Shown: piece after piece, positions 51,601 to 64,000 of the stretch
Numbering within the stretch: position 1 is the first letter of the stretch
How the letters are laid out: every line of letters starts with the position of its first letter
Assembly (NCBI GenBank): GCA_002633005.1
Contig: NMRA01000576.1
Coordinates: 203,607 to 267,606, forward strand
DNA length: 64,000 nucleotides
Reading direction: 5' to 3'
DNA from: Phoronis australis
Taxonomy: Eukaryota; Animalia; Phoronida
Program-made: the position numbers and the translations under genes
The notes under the pieces: model-generated
What the model was told of the DNA's origin: nothing
What the model saw: only the letters and a program-made list of their open reading frames with translations
The model's database searches: none

Positions 51601-53439
51601 CTTTTCCGTAATTTTATGAATAAAATCCTGAATTACCCCGAAAATGACGTTGAGGGAGTTAAGAATTTTCCGCCATTTCGTTTTTATATAGCTGTATGAG
51701 TTGTACAGTCAGTCATCGTAGTAACTAGGAAAAATCACTACGCCGAAGGTTCACAAACTATATTTTGGAGAAACTAGTATGCACCGGGTTTTTGTATTCC
51801 TTTCTCAGAAATGCATGCAACACAGTCACTTTATGTAATAATGTTGTTTTTCTGTTTGGCATGTAAAAATCAATTCCATTATGTATGTGTGTTGCCAATT
51901 TCCATTTAAAGATTGTTAAGGACGATAGGGGAGTCCCAGACGCCTGTTACATGTATTTAATTATTGGAACTGGGAAAATAAAAAAATTACAAATGTTTAT
52001 TTTGTGTATTCTGTGTGTCTTTCCCTGCCATCACGGGATTTCGTGTCGTTTCGGAAACAAAGTCTGTCGATAACAAGTCACTCTGACAATTAAACTATTA
52101 TGGTTTATTAGAAATGGATGCTCTAGGATCAAAGGTAACATAAGAGCAACTGTTCTGGTACAAATAGCCAAGAGAGTTATCCAGAAGATAATCTCTTTCC
52201 TGGATCACCACCACATTGCCAAGAAGTATTGACAGTGTTGCAAAATGCAGATGGAATTTTTATCTGTTTTCAGTCCTAACTCTGCACGAATCTAACAAGG
52301 GAATGAGCTGCTGGCTTTTCCTAAGTAACTAGGCATTATATGTCAATCAGAGATTATGTAAAATATCTCTTAACCACTGAAATACGGCTGACAGAACACC
52401 TTCTCTGGCACTAATAACTCAAAATATGACCGAATTATCTTTTGAATGTTTTTGCATGACATGACGGAGAACAATGTACCCATTGGATTTTTAAAATCAT
52501 GAAAAATTGAAACTTGAGCAATTCCAAATCTTGAAAAGATCCGTAAAACCGGATTTTCCTTTAATCCTGCCTCTGAAGTGCGCTCTCATCGACAGTGCTT
52601 CTGTTTCTTCATCCGCATCATGCTAATTGGGCTCTGACGGGAATTGGCAACCCCTATATATAGTCATTGGTCAGACGCGCATATCTCCGAGTTGAGTTAG
52701 CCCTGAAGTCCAGGTAAGCCGTTGAAACCTACAGTATAACAACATCCTACATCACTCTATGTGTCACAACAATTACATACTAGACCATTTCAGTGGCGGA
52801 GTGTTCACGCGAGGTAAAATAATGGGGCTCGAAAATTGCGGTGGATGAACCAAGAGGTTACCACATACAATCGGTTGCGCAGTTTCCTACACAGACTCAT
52901 CTATATCGAAATCATACTGCCAGAAAAAGTCAGTGAATGATTAACCCTACTGAACACGCCCAACCCTCAGCGTTGAGCTAGATCAATACAGCAGGTTACC
53001 AAGTGAATCCAACGACATACATGTAACGCACAGCATCACTACACATGAGGCAACTGCTACATACCAGATAATTGCAGCGAGATGCCTCCGTCAGACAAAA
53101 TAATGTGGTTACACAACCGACCTAAATATATCCAAGAGGGAACCACACGGTACGTTAATGATAACGAATATAACAACTCATCTATACAGTATCTACATCT
53201 ATTTAATTATAATAAAAAACACTTGACAGTTCATACAACACATCAAAAAGGAACGAAGACTGAGACAATCCGCAACTTTTTGTTGTTGGCAATCGTTTTA
53301 GCTTGAGGTACCTCTAGTGCTGTCGTCATAAAATCTCCCAACGTGGGCCACAGCTTCACACCAACTGTTATAGACAAGTTCCAAGCACAACGACAGACGT
53401 TGCCTTCTACATGCAAATTTTAATGTGTCCACCATAACC

Positions 53440-53865
53440 ATACCTTAAATTACCGCTACACAATAGTCTTATTCAAGCGTTTACTCGTTTACGTTGCTCC
53501 AACCACAGACTACAAGTTGAAGTGGGTAGACACGAGAAAGTGGATTATTACAATAGATTATGTATGGCTTGCAATGATGGTCTTGTAGAGGATGAATACC
53601 ATTTCCTGTTGGTTTGCAAGAGATATTGTGAACTTAGATCACGTTTTATGAAGGAAGTTCTATGGAGGCATCCAACACAAGAATCCTGTATACGCCTCCT
53701 CGCTAATCCAGATATATCTGCTGTTGTTTAGGGGTATTTTGCCCTTAAACGACGAGAAAAGCTCTTAAATGGGTTGACTGCTTGTGCAAATGTGCCTGAT
53801 TAATTGTTTTGTTTATTGTACTTTGGGCCAGAGGCCTTCAATACAAATAAACGTATTATTATAAT
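53440..53865 (+). mobile_element. 5'-truncated LINE 3' end flanked by a 48-bp target-site duplication
   Basis: AFTRLRCSNHRLQVEVGRH...RLCMACNDGLVEDEYHFLLVC...LRSRF; AATAAA plus (TAT)n tail; flanks 53392-53439 and 53866-53913 differ at 3 of 48 positions. Confidence 0.88.
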
Positions 53866-56023
53866 GACAGACCTTGCCTTCTACATGCAAAGTTTAATGT
53901 GTCCAGCATAACCTCTAGACACTTCCTCATTTTTTTTTCTTCATGTAAAGCGGCAGTACTACATGTATATTCATTACTGGCATATTGCTAAACATTTATC
54001 AGTGTTAATTGAAAGAATTTCCAATCACGTCAATAGCTGTTCACAAACCATCTTACAACGGCCCTTTCAACAACTGAAATCTGGGAAAAACCCAAACTGC
54101 TCCTGGCAGGAAATACGTAACGATGAAGAAATGTGTCTTCGCAATACAACACCACACGTAAACAGGTGTAAAATCTTCAACATTAAACCAAGAGTCACAA
54201 ACGGATTTCGCCAGCCAAATCCTCTGGTGGGTTACTTTCAAGTTTGACCATTGCCAGACGCTGTCTCAGAACACAAAAACACACTAAAGTTAATTACAAA
54301 GCGTATATTATCCGACAAACACACATACACACACACATAACATACAAACGCATAATAATGATTGCCGACACGAAAACTTATCACAGTTCATAAGATTCTC
54401 TTGGGGTCGTGTACAATACCACAACTTTGGCTAGTCAGCATCACCTGTTCACTGCTTGTCTTGACTATGATGCCGCTCCAGCCTTGTTTGAGCTTGACCT
54501 GGCACCTTCACTCACGGTTCAGTTGTGTAGTGAAAAAACACAAGTGTAACCTGGGAATGGCACCGGTTCAATAATCAAGTAAGTCAAACGACTGTCCATA
54601 ACAAACCACAGTATCAATGCACTTTCGAATTACAACCAGAGGGATCCTCAAGGCCACCTGCACGTAACGCTCAGGCTAGGAAACACTCCGACTGACATGT
54701 CGTATTAAAAGTAGTTGTTCTAACGAAAAGTCAATAAAAGTCATACTTACATATCCCAGCACATTTTAGCTGGCATGAGCATCTTATGCCGCAAACATGC
54801 AAAACACAACTGCACAACGCCCAAGCCACTGGTAGACTGCATCAAGCAACACGTTTAACAGCAATAGCGTGACTGGCTACCGGCACTCGAAAAACAAAGC
54901 CCGTAAGCATAACTATACGTAGTGGATGGTTTAGTATTTACTAAATGAAAATAATCATCTAATTGATCACCACATCATATGCAATGTCGGATTAAGTTGT
55001 GACAGTTACTTGCCAGACACATACTAACTTTTGAATTTAGTTAGATTGGTCCACCATAATCCGTTGAAACCAGTTGCAACATGTTTCGAAACACCCCACG
55101 AGAAACAATTGTTCCATATCAGACAACTTCGGAGACACGTGAAATGAAATCTCAAAAAAATGGAAACATCCCGTTTACAATGCATGAAAACTGCTCGATG
55201 CATTTGATAGTGATTTAAAAAATCTGATGTACATGTACTCAATTTAATCAGATTGTTCTAAAAAACCCTTGACCCCACATCCCCCAAGTCTCTCGACCCA
55301 CGACCAACTCGATCCACGACCTGTGAGGTACATATTTCGTAATTTCATTACGTAGCTGAGTTACTTTCCTGGAAGACTTGTCTCTCGTAAGGTGGTGGAA
55401 TAAAGATGGGTCGACGATCCTGGCCTTGCAGATATTTAGGAATACAAAACCAAAATAAAAGCACATTCATGTATAGAAAATCGAAGACTTTCGTGAAAAA
55501 GCTCCGAGTAACTGTACGAGTGCTGTCTGAGATAAAAGCAATGTAATTCTCAGTTGAAAGTTGAGCCTTTCATAATGATACGTGCTTAAATGTTGCCGAT
55601 CTTGTCACAATATTTTAAATATTTTCAGTGTCAGGCATGAGTCTTGTCAGAATGTTTGGTAGGGACCTAAGTATCGATTAATAGGATTTTGTTATTCAAA
55701 TAATTTCAGCGCCCATTATGTTACTTTTGCTCTTACTTTATAAATTTTGGATATAGGATTCGCTAAATCATGTTAGTGCGAAGAATAATGAAATGCCTTC
55801 ATTCACATATAAATGATATTTAAGACGTCAGTGTTAAGTTCCAACTGCAGATAAAGACGTCAGATAGAGGTTCTCAACTTAAGTGATACAAGATACACAT
55901 TTCAACTAATTCAACTACACTTACTAATCACGGCGCCATCTGTGGGCTGGTACATATCTTTATGACGTCAGCAACCGGCTCATTATTTGAGTAATACCTC
56001 TGTAATACCTGTCACGGACAGGA

Positions 56024-57140
56024 TCATTGGGGATATGCTGATGCACTATTCCCCTCCCCAGACCATCCCCGTGACAGCAGAAGGCGCAGAACTCCAGGGC
56101 TGACGTTGCCTGTAAGCATTTGATTTGACAACACTCGGGCACGGCTCTTCTTGTGACTCTTCGCAGCATGGCCATAAATGATACCGGCTTCGAGCAGTCG
56201 GCTGCCATCATTGAACTCCGCCAGTTGGGATGCAGTCTGCTCGAGGTTGTGTTTGCGGGCCAGCAGCTTAACGTCAGCCGAATATAAGTAGAGGGGTTGG
56301 TTGGTGGTGCATGAGCCAGCGAGGTAATCTGCACGCTCATTAATCAGGACACCGNTGTGGTCGGATGTTGCGATCAACTTCCCATCGTAGGTAGGGCAAG
56401 GGAAATCATCAACACTGAGGCGATTGTCCAGAGTACAAAAGAGAGCTTCACATTTGTCTCCATTGCAGCTCATTCCGCTGGTAGCACAAAACTCGCAGAT
56501 TTCCATTATTTGAGAGACATGGTTAGAAAGATTAAGTAGGAAACGCATTTCATCTAATTCAAATATTCCGACTAATGGCTGCGCCACCTGAAGGGGGAGA
56601 CTGAAAACAAATATGACCTCATCAACAGGCTCACCATTTGAGAGACATAGGGCAGCCATTTCAACTATTATAGCTATTCCCAATAATTACTGCGCCACTT
56701 GCTGGCACACAGATGTCACCACCACTAGGCTCAACAGGCTCACCAGTTGAGAGACTCAGAGAAGCATGTCATCTAATTCAACAGTTCCCACTTTAATCGC
56801 TGCGCAACCTTCGGGAATTCACTAAAAAAGGGTAAATGGAATTATGTAGATCATTTAGAAAATGCATTCCAACTGGCAATTACTCCGGGCCCCACTCATC
56901 ACTGCACTTCGTGTGGGCAGGTAGATAACGTACATGTACAAGGCTCACAATGTTAGAGACTTCAATCACGAATTTCAACTTATTCAACTATTCCCACAAA
57001 TAGTTGCTCCTCCTGAAGGGATAGAATGATAAAAACATGATTACAGCAACGGGGTCACAATTGAGAGACACAGAACACACATTTCCAGTAATTTAACCAT
57101 TCCTATTAATCGCTGCGCCACTTGCAGGCAGACAGATAAA
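56024..57140 (-). pseudogene. Degenerate ~110-bp tandem repeat (~5 units, 56550-57140) running into a 219-aa ORF; ankyrin-like repeat relic possible
   Basis: Repeated gctgcgccac / ggctcacca.ttgagagac blocks; on - they translate as xLQVAQxLxG....EM..LCLSNGEPVD. Confidence 0.35.
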
Positions 57141-57728
57141 GTACGTGACAAAGTTCTGTACCTAGGAAAGGAGAGTATACTCCACAATCTAGTCATTTCC
57201 TGCAATGGTTATCGGTCGAAACAGTTGTGTCCCCAAGCTGTGAGTAAGCAGCACTAATATAGTCCGAGCCATTTAAGCACTGATCAATTCATATTTGAAT
57301 GACATTTGTCGTTCAATAAAGTACTATTTGATCGAAAATGGGTAAAATACGAATCAAATGAAAATGAAAATGTGTTTCAATTTATATTAGAGTGTATTTG
57401 CTTTCATTCTCTTGAACCTCTCCTCAAAAGCCTGTGTTTTTTCATGTTTGATTTCTTAAAGGCGAAGGCAATCGATTTTCATGTCACTTTTTCAAAAACA
57501 AAATTAGGTCTGTTGATTATCCCAGACATATTTTTCGTTTAATTACAGCTTTTTGCATTTTCATTAATTTCTCGTCCTCTATTCCGGAGTTGAGGTTTTC
57601 GGAGGCAAGAAATTCCCGCCAATTTCTTTTCAAACAGTCTGAGTGTGAGAGCAGTCAAGTCAGTCATGGTTCCACCTCTGTTGCAATCAGGTTGGTCGTC
57701 GTTTGGTTTTGTATACCAGTCAGTCAAC

Positions 57729-57941
57729 ATGCCGCATAGTTGCTGCGTACCAGGATGTACTCATTATCGTCTCACACGCGCTTTGGGAGTAACTTTGCAT
57801 CGCTTTCCGAAGGACGACACACTTCGCCGTACTTGGCTAGCTCTCTCGTGTGAAGAACGCAGCGCTACCCGTTCACGCAAAGTACAAAGCAGTGGCAAGC
57901 ATTTTCAGCAGCCCTGTAGCGATGTTGGGTGGTGGGAGTGA
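57729..57941 (+). mobile_element. THAP-domain ORF of a decayed DNA transposon (Kolobok-like; relic may extend ~57470-58800)
   Basis: MPHSCCVPGC...VTLHRFPKDDTLRRTWL...KHF; upstream ttgattatcccagacatattttt block is shared with ~51567-51590. Confidence 0.75.
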
Positions 57942-59971
57942 ATACAGGCCCAATTTGACTCCCAGTGAAAAGGACTGTTCGTCATCCAACGAACGTATCG
58001 CTGAGCCTAAGTTTGATAAGTTTATTGTTGACTTGTTTTGGAGCTATTTAGAAGGTGTCACGTGCTTGTCGAGGGAGTCGCACGGTGGGATGTAAGCAGT
58101 TTGGGAGCTCAAGACACTCGTGCAAGTGGAACAATTCTTCCTCTGAACGTGAGACGATAATGAGTATATCTCAGTAGGCAGCAACAGCGTGGCATGCTGA
58201 CTGACTCGTAAACAAAAGCAAACGACGACCGAACTTATCACGACCCAGGTAAAGCAATGACTGACTCGACTGCTCTCACAGCCAGACTGTATGAAACGAA
58301 ATTGGGGCGAAATTCTTGTCTCCCAAAACGTAACTTCCGAAGTAGACGACGAGTAATTAATTAAATTACGAAAAGCTGTAAATAACTGAAAAATATGTCT
58401 GTGATAATCAAGGAACCCTATTTTTGCTAAATATGACATGAAAAAGGTTGCCTTTGCCCTTAATAACCCAATCAGATAAAAACCGGGGTATGCCACGTGA
58501 GTGTTGATCCTCTCCATCGTCGAAAATTTTGGTTGCTCCCTAATCATGTGCTGAGCTTGTGATAATAGTTGACCCTCGTTTTGTGTGCATTAACCTAAGG
58601 AACTTTGCTTCTAATGACCGGGGGCCATCATGCCCTACTGTAATCCTGGGTGTTTCCCAACTTTCCATTACAAAGTGCTCCAAGCTCACTGCTTTTTTCA
58701 GGTCAACCCAAGAATTTTGCATGTCTTCCCTATTGAATGCTCAAGGCTACTACAAGAGCAATAGCGGATTTGCAGCGCAGACGAACTTCGCATTGCGCAT
58801 GTGCGAGTTACTTCCTTCGTGAAGGCTCATGGGATAGCTTGTGGTCAGGCATGTCTTGAGCAGGCTGGATAGTGTGTGCATTTGGAGTGATTTGCAAACT
58901 AAAACCATGTTTCATTTTTTTGCTTTATAATACCAAGCAAGTCCTCTCTCTCGTTTGTAAACACAGCGTAGCTATGATCAGTGACCGTGTGACCGAGAGC
59001 ACGACTGTCGCCGTGTTCAGTATTGGGGTTGTCTGCGTTGATTTCGAAATCTCCTCCTATTTTAGACAAGTTGAAAGTTCTTGGGTTGCTTAACTTTTAT
59101 AGCTTTCGTCGTGGATATGCTAGAGACGTTAATTGTAAGTGGAAACTCCGTCGGAATGTTGTTCTCATAAGTCTTTTTTCCACCAGGAAAATGTTCGCTG
59201 CACACACGATGGCCCCTAGGCAATTACATCGCACTGGATGCCGCAGGCATTCAGGGGCGATAGTACATCCTCACAAAAAGTTATCCATTTCAAAATACAG
59301 CAAATAAAATCAAATGAACCCGGCATACATATAGCAACACGGAGTTATAATTAACATATACTACGACTCTGGATACAATTTAGTCAGCAAAACGAATCGA
59401 TGAAAATCTCTCGCGGTTTGTTTGAGTTTCTCTCAGTCACGGTTACCGGGTGCCATTTTGAGGAAGTTACGTGAAATTACGCATGTTGACGAATAAAAAG
59501 TCCAAGGGACACACATCTTACAAGTTTCACCCGATACCTTCTCATGCTATTTTACAAGTGTCGCGCGCTAGCGTCACGCGCTTCGCTCAGTCTCGCGCTA
59601 ACCTTGCGCCTACTCCTCACGGGATTCAGTTGACATGCTTTGTGGTTATCGCGCACGCGGTGATAAAATTAACGGCAACCAAAATAATGGAGTTGTAATT
59701 CTTCGCCAAAGTCAACTTAATTCTCACAACTAAGCTTCATTAAAGATATGTATAGAAGTAGAAAGGACCAATGATGAAAGTAAGCGTTTTTTAAATGATA
59801 GTTTTAAGTGTAGATTGTATTTTTGACGAGGTGAAAACTCGAAATCGGTAACCCAAATCCGGTCACGGCCCGTTTAAAATACACTGGAGTAACGAAATGA
59901 GTACAGAAAGCGAATGGAAGTATTGTAGCCCCTACATGGCCAACCGAGGGGCTACGTGTTGCCTACTATAG

Positions 59972-60163
59972 ATGGCCCCGCGTTCGTTTGAATGCGCTAA
60001 ATTTCCCCTTACTCCCAGGTCTCCTAATGTTGTTTATTCATTTTTCACGAAGTTCTTGGTTTGCAGGGAACACATACAAACTCAGATTTTTATCTCTCTT
60101 GTTGTTTTTGAAGCAGCCAGGAACACAACAAGTGTATCCGCTGTAAGTTTTCTTCGCGCTCAT
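59972..60163 (-). mobile_element. THAP-domain relic
   Basis: [47 protein letters not shown]; the conserved Trp is replaced by TGA. Confidence 0.75.
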
Positions 60164-61201
60164 ACCGCGTATTATGCTTGTTACTATGGCCGCTTTCGGA
60201 ATCCTGACCACAGCACCCACAATGCACCATTTTAACCTAATTTCAATATGGCGTCGCTGCAAATCCGCTATTAAATGGTTTGTGCAGTAGGTGGAGCACA
60301 AGTAAGAAGAATAAAGCAAGACAATTCATCACAACCACAATACTGCATGACATTCTATTGTACCCCAACGAGCTTAGCACACGTAGATTCACAACAACAT
60401 ATCTGCAGAAGGCAGAGCCCAGTCTGTCCAGTTGCCCACAGTGTAGACGACCGCGACATCTGGGCCCGGTCTCCATTCTTTTTACTCGAAGTGCAGCTCC
60501 AAATTAGGTTTGGCATTTTCTACTCTACTTTTGGGCGAACTCAAGATAGTTACGGGGAGATTTTATGTAGGGTGAACATGTCATTTATTTATCAATAAAG
60601 TATGATACAAACACCAGACAACTTGGGTTGACTATGTACATGAGAATAATATCACATGAGAAGTATAAGTATTAATTAAGTATATAGTGGTTGTTGCGAA
60701 ATTGATTAAAGATATTACTTGTTAACTGAAATTTATTGACTCCTATGAGTGCATAGGAAATGAATCAGCATATTTGTCTCTAACCATGTGTTTATGCTAT
60801 GCTAACGGGAATTGGTCAACTGTGGGGTTAGCCAGTTCTGTCAACAACAATAGTCTTGTTATTATTCAGCATCAATTATTTAAAAGTTTGTCTGTCCGTG
60901 ACCATATTTGGCGAACGCTTAGGTTCATCAGTGGAATCTTATGATGTTGTTCTGGGAAGTTGTTTTGGAACTATTAGTACATTTGGAGGAAGTTTGAGGG
61001 TTTTATATTATGATCTAACCCGCCCACTTTTATTATGTTTGATTATAAATATACCGTTAGCTTTCCAAGAAGGCATATTTCCAACGAGAGGCAACCAGAT
61101 TGGTATAGAGGTATTAGATATTTCTTCGAGAGAGGCAACCAGCTTGCTAGAGATATTCCTGAAGAGGTGTTACTGGTTTGCTGAGAAATATCACAAGTTA
61201 C

Positions 61202-61345
61202 AGAAATTCGATGGACTGAATTTCAATCGGATACATGTAGCAGAAATTCGATGGACTGAATTTCAAAGGGATACATTGTATATAGAATTCGATGGACTGA
61301 ATTTAATGTTGACATATATGTTGTTCGATGGACTGAACTTCATAG
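61202..61345. repeat. ~40-bp minisatellite, 4 copies
   Basis: ttcgatggactgaa(t/c)tt core x4 with related, short linkers. Confidence 0.8.
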
Positions 61346-62954
61346 TTATTCCGAAGCATTTCATCAAGTGAAGACTGCTTGGAATCTCCTCATAAAAAGT
61401 GTAACACTGGATCCAAGGCCGACGCCAGGAACGGGAAACGTGATCACAGACTGATTAAATTAGCCTTTTTTGTTAATCTTTATGATTATTCATTTAGGGA
61501 AATTCAAACATTTAGTCAATATACTCATTATTACATCCAAATCAAATTTTGTTATTTCAACCGCCTACCGGCTAGATATTCACCAAGTGACATTTTTGTC
61601 TATTATTCTATGCTCGAATACACAATAACTTACGAAGATAATTTATCGCCCTTAGTTCCCTATTTGTAAACCCAATATTAAAGCAATAAGTTCGAGTTTG
61701 AACTCGAAATTTCGAGTTTTTACTAGAGTTTGTAGCACGAATATATGGGTCTTCAAGGGCAAACTTGAACTAGAAACTCCTATGCATAAACTATAATGTA
61801 TTCGAGCAAAGTCTGATAAAAATTACTTTAAGTTAGCACAAAAGGAGCAGAGAAATTGCCAAAAATAGTTTCGAGTACAAAGATTAGATACCGGGCCTGG
61901 ACTGAGTTCGACTCGTCTTCCAACCATAAACAGAACACGCAACATGAAAGAGAAGTTATCATATTATTAAAAAAAGAATCGTAAACTTTCTGGGTACTTA
62001 AGAAACGTAAACATGACACGTCTGGGGTTTTCACGTATGAATAAGTGTAATTAATTACACTGCAAAATGTACCCTTCCTCATTATTCTCGGACTTCCTAC
62101 TTCAGCGTTGCTTATTCAACACGTGGTGGCGCAAGTAGTAGCGTAAACAGCGAACTCACAAGTGAACTCTCCTATTATACTGCACTCCTTGGTAAGACCT
62201 GCTCACACACCTGGCATTATTAATGATTAGTTACGTCACGGCTTTTACGTATCATAGATTTCGTAATCTGTGAATGTATAGATTTCACAGCTGTTCACAG
62301 CAACACATTTAGTCAAGTCAGAGATATGTAATCACATGTGGCTTGTTGCCTAGTCTAATGGGGCGACATCTGTTGGACAAACTTTTACTATAACACACCC
62401 AAATTGGTTCAAAGGTCTTCTGCACTTAAGACAGAGACAACTTGACACTGCAGACATAATTAAATTATAGCCAAAGCATGCCATAACATTCCTGGCTGGT
62501 CCAGTCTAAAATATATGGGGGGTTAAGGTTGAAATTCAATGTTGAAATTGATCGACAGACTCTTGCATCAAAAAAATACGCCATTTCAAACGTATTTTTT
62601 TCATAAACAGAAGTTTTTCAAGATAATCTGTTAGCATACAACAAAATTATCATCTTTTTCCAGCTGGTTTAAATAAAAATCACTTAGTTGGCATAGGTCA
62701 AATTAGTATGGTAGAACCTGCGTTCCCCCTACATTTCAATTTCAACTCTCCTGAAATCCAGTCAATGAAACAAGTGATGGGAGTCACATTGTTTATATTT
62801 ACAGTCCAAACAGACAAACAGCAAATGAACTTTACATTACGGTATTAGACCGTAACAAAATGTATATTAGGACGTCTTTCTAGCTCAAACAAATAGGGTA
62901 TGCGTACAATAACTGAGGTCACAGCAAGAGGGTAAGTCCAGTTGAACATAATTG

Positions 62955-64000
62955 TTATCGGCTGTAATTTGTTCTGAGCTCAGGTGAATTCTTTGTCCAG
63001 TGCTTTTTCATCACTGAAGATAACTGCAGTAATGGGTTCCTAATTCGCGCACATGTTTTTTTAAATGTATTGAATGTTTTATGTATGGATTCCCCACCTT
63101 GCTCTCCAAGCAGTCCTAACCCAAATCTGGTTTCTCTCAAAAATGGTATGACATGATCCTCCAGTAGGTGCTGCTTAACTAAAATGCGAGAATCAGGCAA
63201 TGCACATCTATAATATTTCAAGTATTTTCGGATACGCAGGTGAGCATTGTCTATTTCTTCATTCGACGTGTAATTACTATGTGACAGGCTTTTATGAACA
63301 CTAGAATACAGTCTGGTCAGTTTGAAAATTTAGTACTGATTGCCACTGCTTTGTTTATTATGCGCCTGTTTGTTGTCAGAGCCTGTGTTTTGTTCACAAT
63401 TGAGTTGAATAGCACTGAGTATACAGATTCAGTTATGTACGTGCTGCAGTGATTGTCAATGAACGATTTACCGTGATAGGCTTGTCTATCTATTCCAAGT
63501 TGCTTTAATGCAACATCAAGGTGTTTAGTCACATGACCTTCTCCATAGGATAAATTTACATTTGGATATTCCCCTTCTAACTGTGCTTTAAGTTCAGGTA
63601 GTCTCCGCTGAATATGCTGTTTTCTAGAGTTATTTCTGGCTAACTGTGCTATAGAGAATACCTCCTCTCCAACCTCTAATTCCTCGAATTCACCCTCCAG
63701 GTTACTAATTTCTCTCCTTAAGTATAATATTTTTTTCAGGCGTTCGACATGCAAGTTATATAATATGCTATCTGTTTCCTTCCCCTTTTTAGCCATATAC
63801 CATGCTACCTCCTCATCAATTTCATGGCATTCAATTTCAAGCAAATCATGATGCTTTTTGATCACTCCTAACATGATGTGTAAATAAGGAATACAATACA
63901 TGTGTAGAGGTATTTCAAAAATCAGTTCATACACTACATTATGGTATCGACTTTGCTTTGATTTATCACCCCCGGACTCTTCCAAAAAACATTCGTAATC
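62955..64000 (-). mobile_element. RAG1/Transib-related DDE transposase, C-terminal half, one frameshift (~63326), open past the window edge
   Basis: PYLHIMLG; RQAYHGKSFIDNHC; KQHLLEDH (HxxxxH); GLGLLGEQGGESIH; the two ORFs join if one T is added at AAATTTTCAAA, giving KFFKLTRLYSSVHK...YLKYYR. Confidence 0.75.

Noticed and set aside
61202-61345. CRISPR-like repeat/spacer appearance
   Set aside because: Linkers are short and related to each other, there are no cas genes and the context is eukaryotic; it is a minisatellite
60856-61371. 171-aa ORF
   Set aside because: Non-ATG start, overlaps minisatellites, no recognisable domain
63315-63335. Programmed -1 frameshift in the transposase
   Set aside because: No in-frame X XXY YYZ heptamer; a single-base deletion or sequencing error is simpler

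Overview
AT-rich, intron- and repeat-rich eukaryotic genomic DNA from an invertebrate animal; a mollusc or other lophotrochozoan is my inference from the gene and transposon families. Nothing here looks prokaryotic (no operons, rRNA or CRISPR), and most short ORFs in the track are noise. The main genic content is a cluster of paralogous WSC-domain exons, each a symmetric phase 1-1 module. Two lie on + (6485-6772, 9290-9637), one frameshifted pseudo-exon lies on + (25678-26003), and three lie on - (37050-37361, 32172-32456, 30608-30925) with a probable signal-peptide exon (41719-41763). Directly downstream of the + WSC exons is a decayed, apparently intronless CUB-like / C-type lectin x2 / LDLa / 7TM (GRL101/RXFP-like GPCR) sequence, which may be the giant last exon of a WSC-bearing receptor. 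Other highlights are a minimal type I hammerhead ribozyme 60 nt behind a tRNA-Leu(CAA)-like head next to a Penelope GIY-YIG fragment, a nearly intact RAG1/Transib-like transposase at the right edge, and a possible Toll-like receptor relic. The window also holds three THAP (Kolobok-like) relics, an RNase H LINE with an 11-bp TSD, a LINE with a 48-bp TSD, a BEL/Pao integrase fragment and several MITE/Helentron-like repeats. All domain calls come from manual motif recognition, not database searches.
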